Shown: one piece after another, positions 42,401 through 55,700 of the stretch
Position numbering within the stretch: position 1 is the stretch's first letter
How the letters are laid out: each line of letters opens with the position of its first letter
Assembly (NCBI GenBank): GCA_002269645.1
Contig: NIVC01000745.1
Span: 1-64,000, forward strand
Reading direction: 5' to 3'
Length of the DNA: 64,000 nt
Origin: Macrostomum lignano
Taxonomy: Eukaryota
Program-made: the position numbers and the translations under genes
Notes under the pieces: generated by a model
Seen by the model: only the letters and a program-made list of their open reading frames with translations
What the model was told of the DNA's origin: nothing
The model's database searches: none

Positions 42401-45400
42401 ACCTGGAAAGATTCATTCTTCCATTGGTGCGCAGGCAGCACTTGCTCTCTTCATAGCCGCAGCCCCCACCCGCAATTCCTATTCATAGCCCTTAATTCCT
42501 AAAGCCAGGCTAATCCGACTAGAAATCCCCGAGTCCCAGAGTCCCAGTCCCCGAGTCCTAGAGTACAGTCCCCGAGTCCTAGAGTACAGTCCCCGAGTCC
42601 TAGAGTACAGTCCCCGAGTCCTAGAGTACAGTCCCCGAGTCCTAGAGTACAGTCCCCGAGTCCTAGAGTACAGTCCCCGAGTCCTAGAGTACAGTCCCCG
42701 AATCCAAGTCCCCGAATACCAGAGTCCCAGTCCCCGAATCCCAGAGTCCCAGTCCCCGAATACCAGAGTCCCAGTACCCGAGTCCCAGAGTCCCAGTCCC
42801 CGAGTCCCAGAGTCCCAGTCCCCGAATCCCAGAGTCCCAGTCCCCGAGTCCCAGAGTCCCAGTCCCCGAATACCAGAGTCCCAGTCCCCGAATCCCAGAG
42901 TACCAGTCCCCGAATCCCAGAGTACTAGTCCCCGAATCCGAGAGTACCAGTCCCCGAATCCCAGAGTCCCAGTTTCCGAATCCCAGAGTCCCAGTCTCCG
43001 AGTCCCGGAGTCCCCAGTCCCCGAATCCCAGAGTCCCAGTCCCCGAATACCAGATTCCCAGTCCCCGAATCCCAGAGTCCCAGTCCACGAGTCCTAGAGT
43101 ACCAGTCCCCGAGTCCTAGAGTACCAGTCCCCGAATCCCAGAGTCCCAGTCCACGAGTCCTAGAGTACCAGTCCCCGAGTTCTAGAGTACCAGTCCCCGA
43201 ATCCCAGAGTCCCAGTCCCCGAGTCCTAGAGTACCAGTCCCCGAATCCCAGAGTCCCAGTCCACGAGTCCTAGAGTACCAGTCCCCGAGTCCTAGAGTAC
43301 CAGTCCCCGAATCCCAGAGTCCCAGTCCACGAGTCCTAGAGTACCAGTCCCCGAGTCCTAGAGTACCAGTCCCCGAATCCCAGAGTCCCAGTCCCCGAGT
43401 CCTAGAGTACCAGTCCCTGAATCCGAGTCCCAGTTTCCGAATCCCAGAGTCCCAGTTTCCGAATCCCAGAGTCCCAGTTTCCGAATCCCAGAGTCCCTAG
43501 TCCCCGAGACCCGGAGTCCCTGAGTCCCAGTCCCCGAATCCCAGCAAGCCTCCGCACCTCGGTCGCGCCCATCTCCACATAGTAGGCCTTGTTTCGAAAT
43601 CGCGACTTGAATTTTTCCGGGTGCTTCTCCCTCAACAGGTGCCACCGGTGCGCGATGGCCGCGTCCACCCCGATGCTGAAGTAGTTGTTGATGATTGTGG
43701 CGGGGATCTCGTCCCGGGCTGGCTCGACAGCCGCCGCCCCCGCCGGGTCCTCCGCGGCCGCCCCGGCGCCGCTGCCAGCGTCGCCAGCCTCGGCCGCGTC
43801 GCCGTTGTTCTCCGGCGCGGGCTCGGAGAAGTTGATCTTCCAGCGGTCCAGCAGCATCACGCTGCCCTGGCTGATGCGGTGCAGAATTTTCTCCAGGCTC
43901 TCGTTCTCGTAGCCGCCGCCCCAGCGCAGGCACCGGGCCAGGTCATTCCCGGTGCCCAGGGGCAGCACGGCCACCGGCGGCCGGTTGTCGCCCCAGTCGA
44001 ACTTGTCCATGGCCTCCAGCAGCCAGCCCGCCGTGCCGTCGCCGCCGCACACCAGGATGCGGAACTGCGGCAGCTCCCTGAAAAAGTTCAGCCCGATGTA
44101 CGGCCCGCCGTCCTTCACCAGGTCGTACACCTGGCGCGGGTTCAGCAGGTACTGCATCTTGTGCAGAATGCGGACTCCCTGCTTGCCGCCAGACTTCGGG
44201 TTGATGAACACCAGCAGCGGCACGCAGCCGGAGGGCGGCACAATCTGGAAGCTGGAGGACTGCTGATGAGGCGAGCAGGCCAGCTGGTCCAGCTGCGACC
44301 CGGCGGACTGGCTGTTGGGGAGGCTCTCGTTGGCTGCCGCCGCCGGCCTGCCGCGGTCCAGTACGGCGGGGAAGATCGCCGTGGGGGGCAGCACGTGCTC
44401 GCGGAGGGCGCCGAGGTCGCACTCGCTGGTCCACTGCTCCGCGCACTTGTTGTGCAGGCTGACCTTGCACCAGCGGCACTGCATGCCTGCAGTGGGTTGG
44501 GTGCAGATCTAGCTGAGGTGGGTGCAGATCTAGCTGAGGTGGATGAAGATCTAGCTGTGGTGGGTGCAGATCTAGCTGAGGTGGATGAAGATCTAGCTGT
44601 GGTGGGTGCAGATCTAGCTGAGGTAGGTGCAGATCTAGCTGAGGTGGGTGCAGATCTAGCTGAGGTGCATGAAGATCTAGCTGTGGTGGGTGCAGATCTA
44701 GCTGAGGTAGGTGCAGATCTAGCTGAGGTGGGTGCAGATCTAGCTGAGGTGGGTGCAGATCTAGCTGAGGTGCATGAAGATCTAGCTGAGGTGGGTGCAG
44801 ATCTAGCTGAGGTGGATGCAGATCTAGCTGAGGTGGGTGCAGATCTAGCTGAGGTGCATGAAGATCTAGCTGAGGTGGGTGCAGATCTAGCTGAGGTGGA
44901 TGCAGATCTAGCTTAGGTGGGTAGAGTGGGGTGCAAAGATCTAGCTGGGGTGGGTAGATTGGGGTGCAAAGATCTAGCTGGGGTGGGTAGAGTGGGGTGC
45001 AAAGATCTAGCTGGGGTGGGTAGATTGGGGTGCAAAGATCTAGCTGGGGTGGGTAGAGTGGGGTGCAAAGATCTAGCTGGGGTGGGTAGAGTGGGGTGCA
45101 AAGATCTAGCTGGGGTGGGTAGAGTGGGGTGCAAAGATCTAGCTGGGGTGGGTAGAGTGGGGTGCAAAGATCTAGCTGGGGTGGGTAGAGTGGGGTGCAA
45201 AGATCTAGCTGGGGTGGGTAGAGTGGGGTGCAAAGATCTAGCTGGGGTGGGTAGAGTGGGGTGCAAAGATCTAGCTGGGGTGGGTAGAGTGGGGTGCAAA
45301 GATCTAGCTGGGGTGGGTAGAGTGGGGTGCAAAGATCTAGCTGTGGGTAGAGCAGTTGAGCAGACCGGGTTGCTAATCCATCTCTCACCTGTGATGCCGG

Positions 45401-47723
45401 ACTTGATGGACTTGCGGCACTTGGCGCACTTTTCCACGCAGTTGCCCTCAGTCCAGTGGTGCTGCATGCTCTGCTGCGCCCCTGGCGCCGGCCGCTTGGA
45501 CTTGGTGTAGGTGAAGATGCACGAGGCGGGGGCGCGGCTCACGCACTTGGCGTGCACGGTGTACTTGCAGAACACGCAGCCCAGGCCCTGCTTGCCCAGG
45601 CCGACCAGCTGCTTCATGCAGATGTTGCAGTGCCGGCCCTTGGCGAAGTGCTTCAGCCGCCACACGTGGCTGCCGTCGTCCTTCACGGTGGTGTCGAGGC
45701 CGAGCAGCACCAGTAGCGGGATGGTCGTCAGGCCGCCTCGCTTCCACTCGTCCAGGCTGACCGTGCCGTCAGCGTCGAAGTCCAGATCCGTCATCATGGA
45801 CTTCAGAATCTGGCCGGGTGGGATGTTAGAAGCTCGTCATAGTTGGCTGACTCAATAAACCGAATTTGCATTCGATGCGAGAAATTCGTGCAAAAGCAGA
45901 AATTGAAGCCGACATGCTGGCGGCTGCCCGTGCCGCTTTTGCGAAACAGAATGATAAGACTGTTTTCTGGTAAAACTCAAGGGTAAGAAGACGGTTTTAT
46001 TAGAAACAGGACAGATTTCTAAGAAGACGGTTTCTTAGAAAGACGACGAGTTTCTCGGAAAAAAGACGGGTATCTTCAAAAGAAGACGAGTTTCTTAGAA
46101 AGAAGGCAGTTTTCTTAGAAAGAAGACGAAAGAAGACGGATTTGTTCGAAACAGGAATGGTTTCTTAAAATAAAAACGGATTTCTTCGAAAAAATTCTCT
46201 TCTAAGAATAAGACGGTTTCTAGAAAAAAATAGGACTGGTTTCTTAAAAGAACTAGATTTAGGGTTAGACTTTAAGGAACACTATTTTTATTAAAAATGC
46301 CGAGTTTCTAAAATACGGGTTTCGAAAGGAAAATGCAAGAGAGGTACTGGCGGGGTCCTGAGAATGCGGTAAGGGTAATGACGGGTTTCTAAGAATGAAG
46401 TTAAGATAATGGCGGGTTTTATCAAGAGTCGTAAAAGTTCAAGGACGAAATGCACCGGCCTGACAGCGGCAAGCAGTGATGAAGGACGCGGGCATTTAGC
46501 ATTAGCAGACACTGCCGCAAGCAAATTACAGGCTGTATATAAAACTGCCAATGATGTTGCTAACATCAATCAGCGATTGAGATTGACGGTGACTCATGCC
46601 GTGCTGATAGCGCTTGCACTGCTCAGCCACTGGCAGAGACAGATCAGGGAGAGGATGAGCAGAATTAGAATGACAGCCTTTAAAAATTATTTTTTAAATT
46701 CAAGTTGGATAAAATTGAGCTCATCAGTGACTGTTTAAAAGCATAAAAACGGTCAAGGAAACACAGAGTACTTGCCGACTATCTGATGCTGAGGTGCAGC
46801 TGAAAGATTTGTACGCACAGCTGTGTCTGAATATCTGAATTGCAGTGCAAATGCCTCTTTTGCACAGCTGAGCTCTGCGATGTGCCAGCAAAGATCTGGG
46901 AGGGCGGCCCAGCAACTCAAGATCTGGGAGGCTGGCCCAGCAACTGAGGATCTGGGAGGCTGGCACAGCAACTGAGGATCAGGGAGGGCGGCCCAGCAAC
47001 TGAGGATCTGGGAGGCTGGCCCAGCAACTGAGGATCTGGGAGGCTGGCATAGCAACTGTGGATCTGGGAGGCTGGTATAGAAACTGAGGATCTGGGAGGC
47101 TGGCCCAGCAACTGAGGATCTGGGAGGCTGGCCCAGCAACTGAGGATCTGGGAGGCTGGCTCAGCAACTGAGGATCTGGGAGGCTGGCACAGCAACTAAG
47201 GATCAGGGAGGCCAGCCCAGCAACTGAGGATCTGGGAGGCTGGCACAGCAACTGATGATCTGGGAGGCTGGCATAGCAACTGAGGATCTGGGAGGAAGTC
47301 AGCAGGATCCCAAATCAAACTCAGTAACCGCGCACTCACCGGCAGCAGCTCTGTGGTGTCCCAGCCGAGGTACTCAGTGACCTTCATCATCTGGCTGATG
47401 ATGGCGTCGACCTCGCTAGTATCCAAGTAGCCGTTGCCGTCGGTGTCGAACAGGCGAAAGACGAACTCGAGCTTCTCCTCGGGCGCGCCGCTCTCCAGCT
47501 CGCTGAGGCAGCGGACGAGCTCCTTGTCGACGCCTTCGAGACTGCTGGCTGCGCCAAACGATGAAGAGGCGGGGCCGCCCGATGAGGGCGAGCTGAGGCC
47601 GCCGTCGTCCTTGGACTTGGAGCCGGAGGCACCGCCGTGGCGCCGGCGGGTCTGCGGCGTGTCGTCCGCCGAGCCGCCGGAGGCCAGCGGCAGCACCGGG
47701 AAGGAGCGGCTCCGTGAGTCCAT
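39407..47723 (-). CDS. Dgk: Type I diacylglycerol kinase (DGK alpha/beta/gamma-like; EF-hands, two C1 domains, catalytic and accessory domains), ~773 aa
   Basis: Exons 47723-47340, 45809-45389, 44486-43558 and 39994-39407. All introns are GT-AG with matching phases (0,1,0); total 2322 nt. Motifs: EF-hands [12 protein letters not shown] and [12 protein letters not shown]; C1a HVWRLKHF...CNIC...CVFC...HAKC...C; C1b HHWTEGNC...; [12 protein letters not shown]; GGDGT; [11 protein letters not shown]; [10 protein letters not shown]; PMQIDGEPW. The start codon is inferred. Confidence 0.93.
40095..41065. repeat. Intronic minisatellite, 35-bp unit CATGGGGATCTGGGATTCACGGGATTCACACCAAC
   Basis: Tandem copies in DGK intron 3. 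Confidence 0.95.
41449..42066. repeat. Intronic minisatellite, 16-bp unit TCACAAACTAGAATAT
   Basis: Tandem copies in DGK intron 3. Confidence 0.95.
42525..43543. repeat. Intronic minisatellite, 21-22-bp unit GTCCCAGTCCCCGAATCCCAGA
   Basis: Tandem copies ending about 14 nt from the intron 3 donor. Confidence 0.95.
44492..45345. repeat. Composite intronic minisatellite: 21-bp GTGGGTGCAGATCTAGCTGAG block joined to 33-bp GTGGGTAGAGTGGGGTGCAAAGATCTAGCTGGG block
   Basis: Fills almost all of DGK intron 2; switch at about 44915. Confidence 0.95.
45960..46260. repeat. Degenerate AGAAGACGGTTTCTT-type tandem repeat in DGK intron 1
   Basis: Recurrent agaagacg/gtttcttagaaa motifs. Confidence 0.6.
46891..47296. 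repeat. Intronic minisatellite, 28-bp unit GGATCTGGGAGGCTGGCCCAGCAACTGA
   Basis: About 14 copies in DGK intron 1. Confidence 0.94.
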
Positions 47724-48480
47724 CACGGCGCGCTGACCGACTTGCTTGCTGCTGGTCCCGAGTTCGAACCCGAGACAGTTGATTCGACTGGCTGGCTGGC
47801 TGTGGGGGACGTCGCTGATGAAGGCCGGTGCGGGCCGGCTGCGCCGGTCAGTCCTGGCCGCGCCTCTTCCTCTATTTATGCAAACGGGGCGGGCGCAGCG
47901 GCGGGCGGGCCGGCGGGCATCAATAAAACAAAAATTGCGCGAGCTTCAACCGCGAGGCTGCTGCGGGGCGGCCCTGCCCAGTTTTCCACTCGGGCCGGCA
48001 GGCTGCGGGCAGATGAGCGCGGGAGAGACGGGGCTGATGCGGGCCAGGGGAAATCGCTGGGCTCGGCTGCTTAGAAGGGCGGGAGAAGGCCGGAGCAGTC
48101 AAGATCGGGGCAGGGGAGAGAAGCAGGGGGGAGCGCGCGGAGGAAGAGGATCGCGAGGTGGAAACAGAATCCGAATGGGCGCGGGCGGCTCAGGGAATGG
48201 GACAGGGGGGAAGAGGGGTGAAGCCGCAGGGAAATGGGCAGCAGGAAGGCGCTGGGGCAGCCATTCGCCAGAACTCAAAATGGCGGGCCCTCCCTCTTCC
48301 CCTTGGCTCTTCTCTGGCCCGCCCTGGCGCGGTGAGGCGCCGCCAAGAAGTTCAGCGGTGGCTGCTGGAGTCCCTCCCAGCTTCTCTCGGAAGACTCGAA
48401 AGTTCGCCTCATCACTAACAGGGAGAGGCAGGGACTCGAAGGGCGGTAATCAGGCAACTGATTAATAGGCTGGATGAATG
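47724..48480 (-). promoter_or_regulatory. GC/CpG-rich island upstream of the DGK start, probable promoter/5'UTR
   Basis: Sharp GC-rich block that ends where AT-rich DNA begins (~48480). A TATA-like ATAAATAG lies on the minus strand near 47872-47879. Function is inferred. Confidence 0.4.
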
Positions 48481-50794
48481 CTGGATTTGGGCGCGGGATC
48501 TACTACGGATTATTTAGGCCTGATGAGATTAAGATTGAGAAAACAGCGAGTCTGGTTGGAAAGTGAAATTGGATTTAGGAATTCAAAAAAGAACAATAGT
48601 TTTACTAGCAAATACAAATGCAGAACTTTTTGGGTGAACTCTTTCTGATATGAATCAATAAAGGCATGATGAATTTAATCTATATAAATTTGGGTTGCAT
48701 TGAGCTAGTTAGATGCTATTTGTTTTTAAGCAATTAGGCTTAAAAATTATATAGAGAAAAATGATTTAGAAAGTAGCTAAATCTTTTAATTATAGGTTCA
48801 TAAAAATCTATAAACTTCAAAGAATAAATTATATAAACCTATAAATTGTTCCTAATATTTGAGGATACGAATGGATACAGAAAAAATCTATAAGTATAAG
48901 GAGGTGCACATAAATATAAAACTATTATTAAAATACATTGCAATTAAACCAAATCTTCTATCTGGGATACACAGAACTATGATAATGATATATATACTCC
49001 CTCCCTAAAACTGCCCCTAAGTAATGATTAAATAACATTTAATTTGTTAGACATAAGAAGAAACCATTAGCATTTATGACTTAAAAACCAAACTAAAATT
49101 AGTGTCTATAAGATTTTTGGTGTTACCATCTTAAGTAAAATAGATCTATAAAGGGTTTATTCTATATATTTTATTTGAATAATACAATAACAAAAGTAAA
49201 ACATTAAAATACCAATACTATAGTAAAAATAATATTCAAATTTTAAATCTAGCTTTGATAGAAAGAAGACAATGACATTACTCAAAGCTATTCTGCTATA
49301 TCAAAAACATAAAACACATATAGATTGTTTTATCCAAGCATAGAAAACTTAAGAGATTTAGTTATATTTGGATAATACTTAGTACAGCCACTGCCAGCAT
49401 GAGAAAAATGTAAAAGATATGCTAGATAGAATCTGGAGTAATTAGCGTTCATAAAAATTGAATGATTGAATGACATAACTAAAAAAGGCATTTTCTAAAA
49501 TCACCAGCTAAAAATAACTAACACGCCGCTTTGGAGGGCCAATTGTTTCCAACAAAATACACCTTATTTTGCGAGTTAAATTTAGCCATTGTAAATATAC
49601 ACAGACTTTAACAAATATAAATATTTAAGAGCTACTACACATAAGTAAATTTACAAATGGTTGTCATTAAAACTAAAGTAAAAACTTCTGCTGATTTTAT
49701 TAAGTAATTTTTAGCTTTACAATGTAAAATTTTAAATATATTCATAATGTTTCGCGGTATCATGGTTACAGCACGTCGTCGTATGGAGCTCGGCTTGCTC
49801 AATGCTGTGCCTCTATCAAGCAGTGAGTTGACTTGAGTTTGAAAGAATATACAACATAATAATGTGACTAACGTTTTCTGCAATTCCGGTTAGGCTCAAA
49901 GCAAAAGTGAAGATCAAACAATTTTTTAGCAAGGTGTAAATAACTGTAACTAATAACTATATATTGGCAGCAGACCAGGCGTGCTTCTCCTTAAGCATAG
50001 ACGCAAGAAAATCAAAGAAGAACCAAGTGCATTTACAGAGCCGCCCCCTCTGCAACCCATTGGGCAGCTTGGGGCCTTGGGTCTGTCTTTACTCTCTAAA
50101 ATCCCCCTAAGTAATTATGACTGTCTTATAAAAGCTAAATGTCTTATTATCTAATTAGTATTATATATGTATTCTTTTGGAACATTTTTGCAACTTACCC
50201 TTGGTCAACCAACCATAATTTATAGTGGCTAAATTGGTTTGGTTGGCCAGAAGTTGTGCATGTATAGTAAAAAACTATTATATTTTAATTATTTTTATTT
50301 TACTTTTTCTTTTTAGAAAAGCTAAATACAATTTTTTAATTTAGGTTTCTGAGGATTAGAATCTAGGAGGGTTGCATCAGAGAGACTAGGCCCCCCTAAT
50401 GCTTTTAAGGGCTATCTAATCGACTAATGTTTTGGTAAAGTAATGTTTTGGCAAATAGTGTTCTAGCAAATTTATTTTTCAGGAACTTTTTTATCTCAAT
50501 GACACAATGCTATATATTATAATAATTTTCTATTACCCAGTGGCAGTAAAGACTACTTTGTTGAAATCACAACTTTATTTTTCTGGTTTTTAAAAATGCA
50601 GTTTTAGGCTTATTGAATATGACCCGTTTTCCAACTCCAACTCCAACTCCAACTCTAAGACTAAGTCCAAAAAAAAGACTAACAAAAAATTTAAAGGAAA
50701 ATTCTTAAAAAAGTGACAAAAGAAATTTAAAACTGACAAAAAATAAATGTACCAGAAGAATTCTACATTTTGATGAATTTTCAGCACAATTCAT

Positions 50795-51030
50795 ATATCC
50801 AGGCCATTGCTATTGACATTTAGTTTGAAATGGACAATTTAAATGCATATATTTCTATGCCTGTCAAATATTGACATAAAACTTTGAGCACCTGGGCCTG
50901 ATTCATGCATCTAGGCCGTTGCTATTGATATTTAGTTTGAAATTTTTAGTATATTGGATGGACAAATTAAATGCATACATTTCTGTGTGTGTTGAATATT
51001 GACATAAAACTTTGAGCACCTGGCCTACAC
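50795..51030. repeat. Two diverged tandem copies of a ~115-130-bp AT-rich unit
   Basis: ggcc(a/g)ttgctattga(c/t)atttagtttgaaa...attgacataaaactttgagcacctgg occurs twice. Confidence 0.7.
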
Positions 51031-51199
51031 CTAAAACTCAAACTAATGCAATAAACTTGAAAAGTGAACACGCTCCGTATACTCGCTAGAATAACAGAGC
51101 AAGCGCAGTATTGCTCTTTGGTGGGATAGACATAGGAAAATTGTTCAGCTAGTATACACACACTTCGGAATCAGTAAAATTTGGTACAGTTGAAATAAT

Positions 51200-51608
51200 G
51201 AAGGTGAAATATGAAGCACGCGTACAACAGAAATGAACAGGTGAAATGTGAAGCACAAGTACAACAGAAACGAACAGGTGAAATGTGAAGCACGCGTACA
51301 ACAGAAACAAACAGGTGAAATGTGAAGCATGCGTACAATAGAAACGAACAGGTGAAATGTGAAGCACACGTACAACAGAAACGAACAGCTGAAATGTGAA
51401 GCATGCGTACAACAGAAACAAACAGCTGAAATATGAAGCACGCGTACAACAGAAACAAACAGCTGAAATGTGAAGCATGCGTACAACAGAAACAAACAGC
51501 TGAAATATGAAGCACGCGTACAACAGAAACGAACAGGTGAAATGTGAAGCACGCGTACAACAGAAACAAACAGGTGAAATGTGAAGCATGCGTACAATAG
51601 AAACAAAC
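51200..51608. repeat. Minisatellite, 37-bp unit GAAACGAACAGGTGAAATGTGAAGCACGCGTACAACA
   Basis: About 11 head-to-tail copies with no spacers. Confidence 0.93.
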
Positions 51609-52276
51609 AAGAGATCAAAACATCTATTTGTAACAATGCTACTGCATTATAAAGTTAAAGGATTAGCATAGAGCAGAACTTGCAACACAAATAATGAATG
51701 CATTGTTTGCTATTGATAAAATGTTCCAATGCGCATAGGTGCATAGTAACATGAGAAAAAATGAGCAAAGTTATATAAGCAGATGGAGATTGCCCAAGCC
51801 AATTGCAGGTTATGAACAAATTCGGGTAATAATGAGCAGGGCAGGGTACAAAAACTACATTGTTAAGTAGTCCTTGATGAAGTATATAAGCAAAACAGGT
51901 GGGTTATGGGTTGTCGACAAGTGCAAGGACAAGTGGACAACTTCAAAAAAATTTAATTGTGTTCTCAACTTACAAGAAGCGTTATCATCCCAGTCTCACT
52001 CATCTGAGTCTCTCCAGTTGGGCCCTGCAAGTCTACGACTAATAGAATAATAAAAAATTCCAAGGCAGAATATAGGTCGACATTCAGACTGCGAGCGTCA
52101 TTGCTAGGGATCCGGGACCTAACTACCCTTCAGCCAGTCTATCAGTTTGATACTGATTTGAAACGATAAGCAATAACTCAGATAACTAGCCTGTCAAAGT
52201 CAATTGACTTCTGTTTTCGTGTTAATATTTCCTTACCACCATTTTCCTTCAGTTCAACTGATAAGGTAACATAGGA

Positions 52277-52278
52277 TC

Positions 52279-52331
<53 letters not shown>

Positions 52332-52400
52332 CTAGTAGTACTAGTAGTAGTAGTAGTACTAGTAGTAGAAGTAGTAGTAGTAGTAATAGTAGTAGTAGTC
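52277..52400. repeat. (TAG)n microsatellite
   Basis: Directly visible. Confidence 0.97.
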
Positions 52401-52787
52401 AAGCGCAACCCATAACAATAGTGGGATGCAAACAGGACAAGTATGAATGGAAATTATGACAATTTTGTTCAGACTTAGAGATGGCGACTGTGATATAACT
52501 TGTCTTTATTGCTCGCGGTAGCAAAATAAGAGACAGATTTTGCACGCGAAGAACTGGTCCTTTGCATCCTTGATTCTGCTAAACTCCTTCGGCATCACGT
52601 CGACACATAGCATGGTACCAGGTGTCACACATGTCGCACTTCATCTTTGGTTTAAAGGTTAAAGAAGAAAAATACAGATACGTTATTTCACAAACTATAA
52701 TACTTTCATTTCGGTACTCACCCAGTTGCGCAGTGAGCTTGTTTTGGACGTCTCATGACAGCTGTTACACCGGTTGGAATCTGGAGG

Positions 52788-55700
52788 CTACAGGATGCCA
52801 TTGTGCTGCAGTATTGTCTGCCAGATACGTGCTTGTGCGCATGCTAGGAAGCCTTCGTCAGTACAAAAATGGTATGGAATTCCTAGTTTAAAACACTTGG
52901 CATAGAGGCACACGATGATGCCACAGTTATGACCATCTTGCTGCACGGCTGCCGATGCCGCTCGTGGCAGATAAGGTCCGGAAAGCCGCCGGATGGACAG
53001 GTTGCGCACCAGTCCGCTATAGTTGTGGCGCAAAAAGGAATCATTTTTAAGAAGGGGTATAAATTATTATGAAATAAAAGCAAATAAAGGCTCTAGTGAG
53101 ATAACAGAATTGGGGTGTCGATACGTTCAATACCAAATCTACAGGAAATAGTGAACTTCTGAACATACACCACATACCACCATGAGGCATGCCACATCAT
53201 GTCGAAACCCAGTTGCAATGGATCCAAGAAGGTTGTTGTTTTATCCCGAGTGTCGACCATGAAGCAGGTGAAATAGGGTGGTTTTTATCCACACAGGATA
53301 AAAGATGTGCCGCGTCTGGGAGGTGAGCATGGATGATAGCGTCATAATGGATTGAAGCCATAGTTGTCATCCAAAAAACTTACAGATTAGTCTAACTATA
53401 TCACACAAAAGCTAACTGCATTTTCCAGTGAACTTATAGTTGCTGAAGAATATCTTTGATTGAGGTCTTGACGCTTTCGTCGTGTTTCAATGAAATCAAC
53501 TGTGGTGAGGTCTGTGTAGCTAAATATGCTGCAGTCGGAAGCCTCGAAAAAAGCGTGAATGTATGCACTCACAATTTGGATGCTAACCGCACGATTATCG
53601 CGAAGCACTGCAAAATCACTACCATCAATCATGGCCCTGCGGTCTTTCGCCCAGAACAGAAATTTTACCACTTGGAACTCAGCTACAGAATGCGTCACGC
53701 AACCAGCCCCTTTTTACCATGCAGCACATCATGTTTTATGCTTCTGAAGTAGTTCTTAGCAGTTACGTTTGAATACCACGATTCTCGTAGGTCAAGCTGA
53801 GCCTGGTTCTCAACTACAAAATGTCCGAAAAGAGGAGCCAAAGGAAGCCATTGGTTAGCGAGCAGTTCGGTGAGCTTTTCTGAGTACATTGGATTCGTTG
53901 TATTGTAGTCATCACCTGTGGCGTCTACGCAAACATTGCGGGCAAACTTCGCAAAGAAAGGCGACTTTCGGCGAATGCTACTCGTGTCATACACGATTTC
54001 CATAAAGGAGGAATTTTGGAAAACTTTTGTTTCAGATGTGTCAGGAACACCATTAGGAGTCTCGACTGTCTTCCATTCGGAAACTCTTTCAGTGAGAGTC
54101 AACAAGACATCCACTATTGTACAACGTGAGCTAAACAGTGTCACAGCAAGCTGAGCTGACATTACAAAACTAGCATACAACTTGCTGTAGATAAGGAGAA
54201 TGAACACTGATGAAGAAGTGCTTTGTTCAGGCATCAACATCGGCAAATGCAGGCTTTTTGAGTGTTCAACAGATTGTCGCTACAACATGGTTTGTACACA
54301 AAAATGGCATCGACTGTACGGGTGCAGCTTCTTTTTCGAAATGGTCGAATTGGCGCTGGATTAAATGGGTCAGGCTCGTCTGGCAGAAGCAAGCGCACAT
54401 AGCAAAAATTAGTGCCCACAAAAAATCTGTTACAACAATTCTGACAGGAGGAATCGTTCTATTGTGCAGTCTGTTCAGAGCGTAGACTACTTTCAGCAAG
54501 ATGTGAACCTGCTCCATGCTATGCGACACCAGAATGGCATTGGCAATGTTGATAGGAAGAGATTCATGCGGGCTCTCAAGAGTAAGCGAGTACAAAAATG
54601 GTTGGCCTGCTACATAGTTTAATTTTTTTACGATTCCGCCATTAGCATCAAAATGCAACACCTGCCTCTTGCATGTGCTATCAAGAATCGTTCTGAGTTG
54701 ATCTTTGGAGAACATAGTGAGCTCAAATGGATGCTCTATAATAGTCTAAATGTATCCCTTAACAGTCTCTTCCAAACTGGCACTGTCGAGTGCATCCTTG
54801 TAATGCAACAGAGTCAGTAAAACATGTTCTCCGAAGCGTAGCACCGAGGATCAAACGCAGTTGGATTCGTCTTTGCCAATTTTTCATTCCAACTTGCTTA
54901 AAATTCTTCGCTTTTAGCAGAAACTTGTCCGCTTTTATGAGATTGTCGAAAAAGACTTGCATTCCAGTTTTTAATGGTCGTTGTTGAGCCTGTAGTTTGT
55001 CTATCATTTCATTGGTTTCGCAGACGGAACTTCGGCGACACAGAGACTTGAGATGGTGTTCGTCACCTGTTTCATAGACATGGACCATTCCACTGACAGG
55101 CGAGTCAGCTGATGTCTTAAAAACTATGGCTTCAAAAGTTTTATAAGATAGATGCAGTCAGTGCATGGACTGTTTTATCCACACTGGAGCCTTGCGGGAC
55201 ACCAAGTACACATACCTCTTGTCAAAAATGATGATACATGTTGTGTGCTTCTCTACTTCAGTTCACAGAAAGTGCCTCCACTGGGTTGCCAATGGTTCTA
55301 AAAGTGTCTGCAATTCGATTGCATCCTTCAAAATGTGGGACCAAAAGTGGCAATCTATAATTTCAATGACGCACAAGTGCCTCTGTTCACTGTGCAAGGT
55401 TTTGTGAGAAACAGTTGCTTGGTAATATTCAACAGTACAGTTTTCAATTGGCTGGCTACCTGCTTGGTCTTGGTTGCTGGGCTCTATGATCTTTTCCTGG
55501 CTGCTACTGCTCCCAGACTTACTGTTTGCTAGGCTGTCACCATTGCTCTCTGTATGGCTCATGTCTTAGTTGTCATAGCCAGGCTCAATAATTTTTTCCT
55601 GGCTGCTACAGCTCCCAGTTTCATTCTCAGGGGCACTGCTGGCTGGGCTGTTACCACTGCTGTCTGTATGGCTATCTTGGCTGTCACAGCCAGGCTCAAT

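Noticed and set aside
43621-44916. 431-aa plus-strand ORF opposite DGK exon 3
   Set aside because: It is an antisense shadow of a GC3-rich exon continued by the 21-bp array.
51200-51608. 37-bp repeat of CRISPR-like length beginning GAAAC
   Set aside because: Units are head-to-tail with no unique spacers, there are no cas genes, and the context is eukaryotic.
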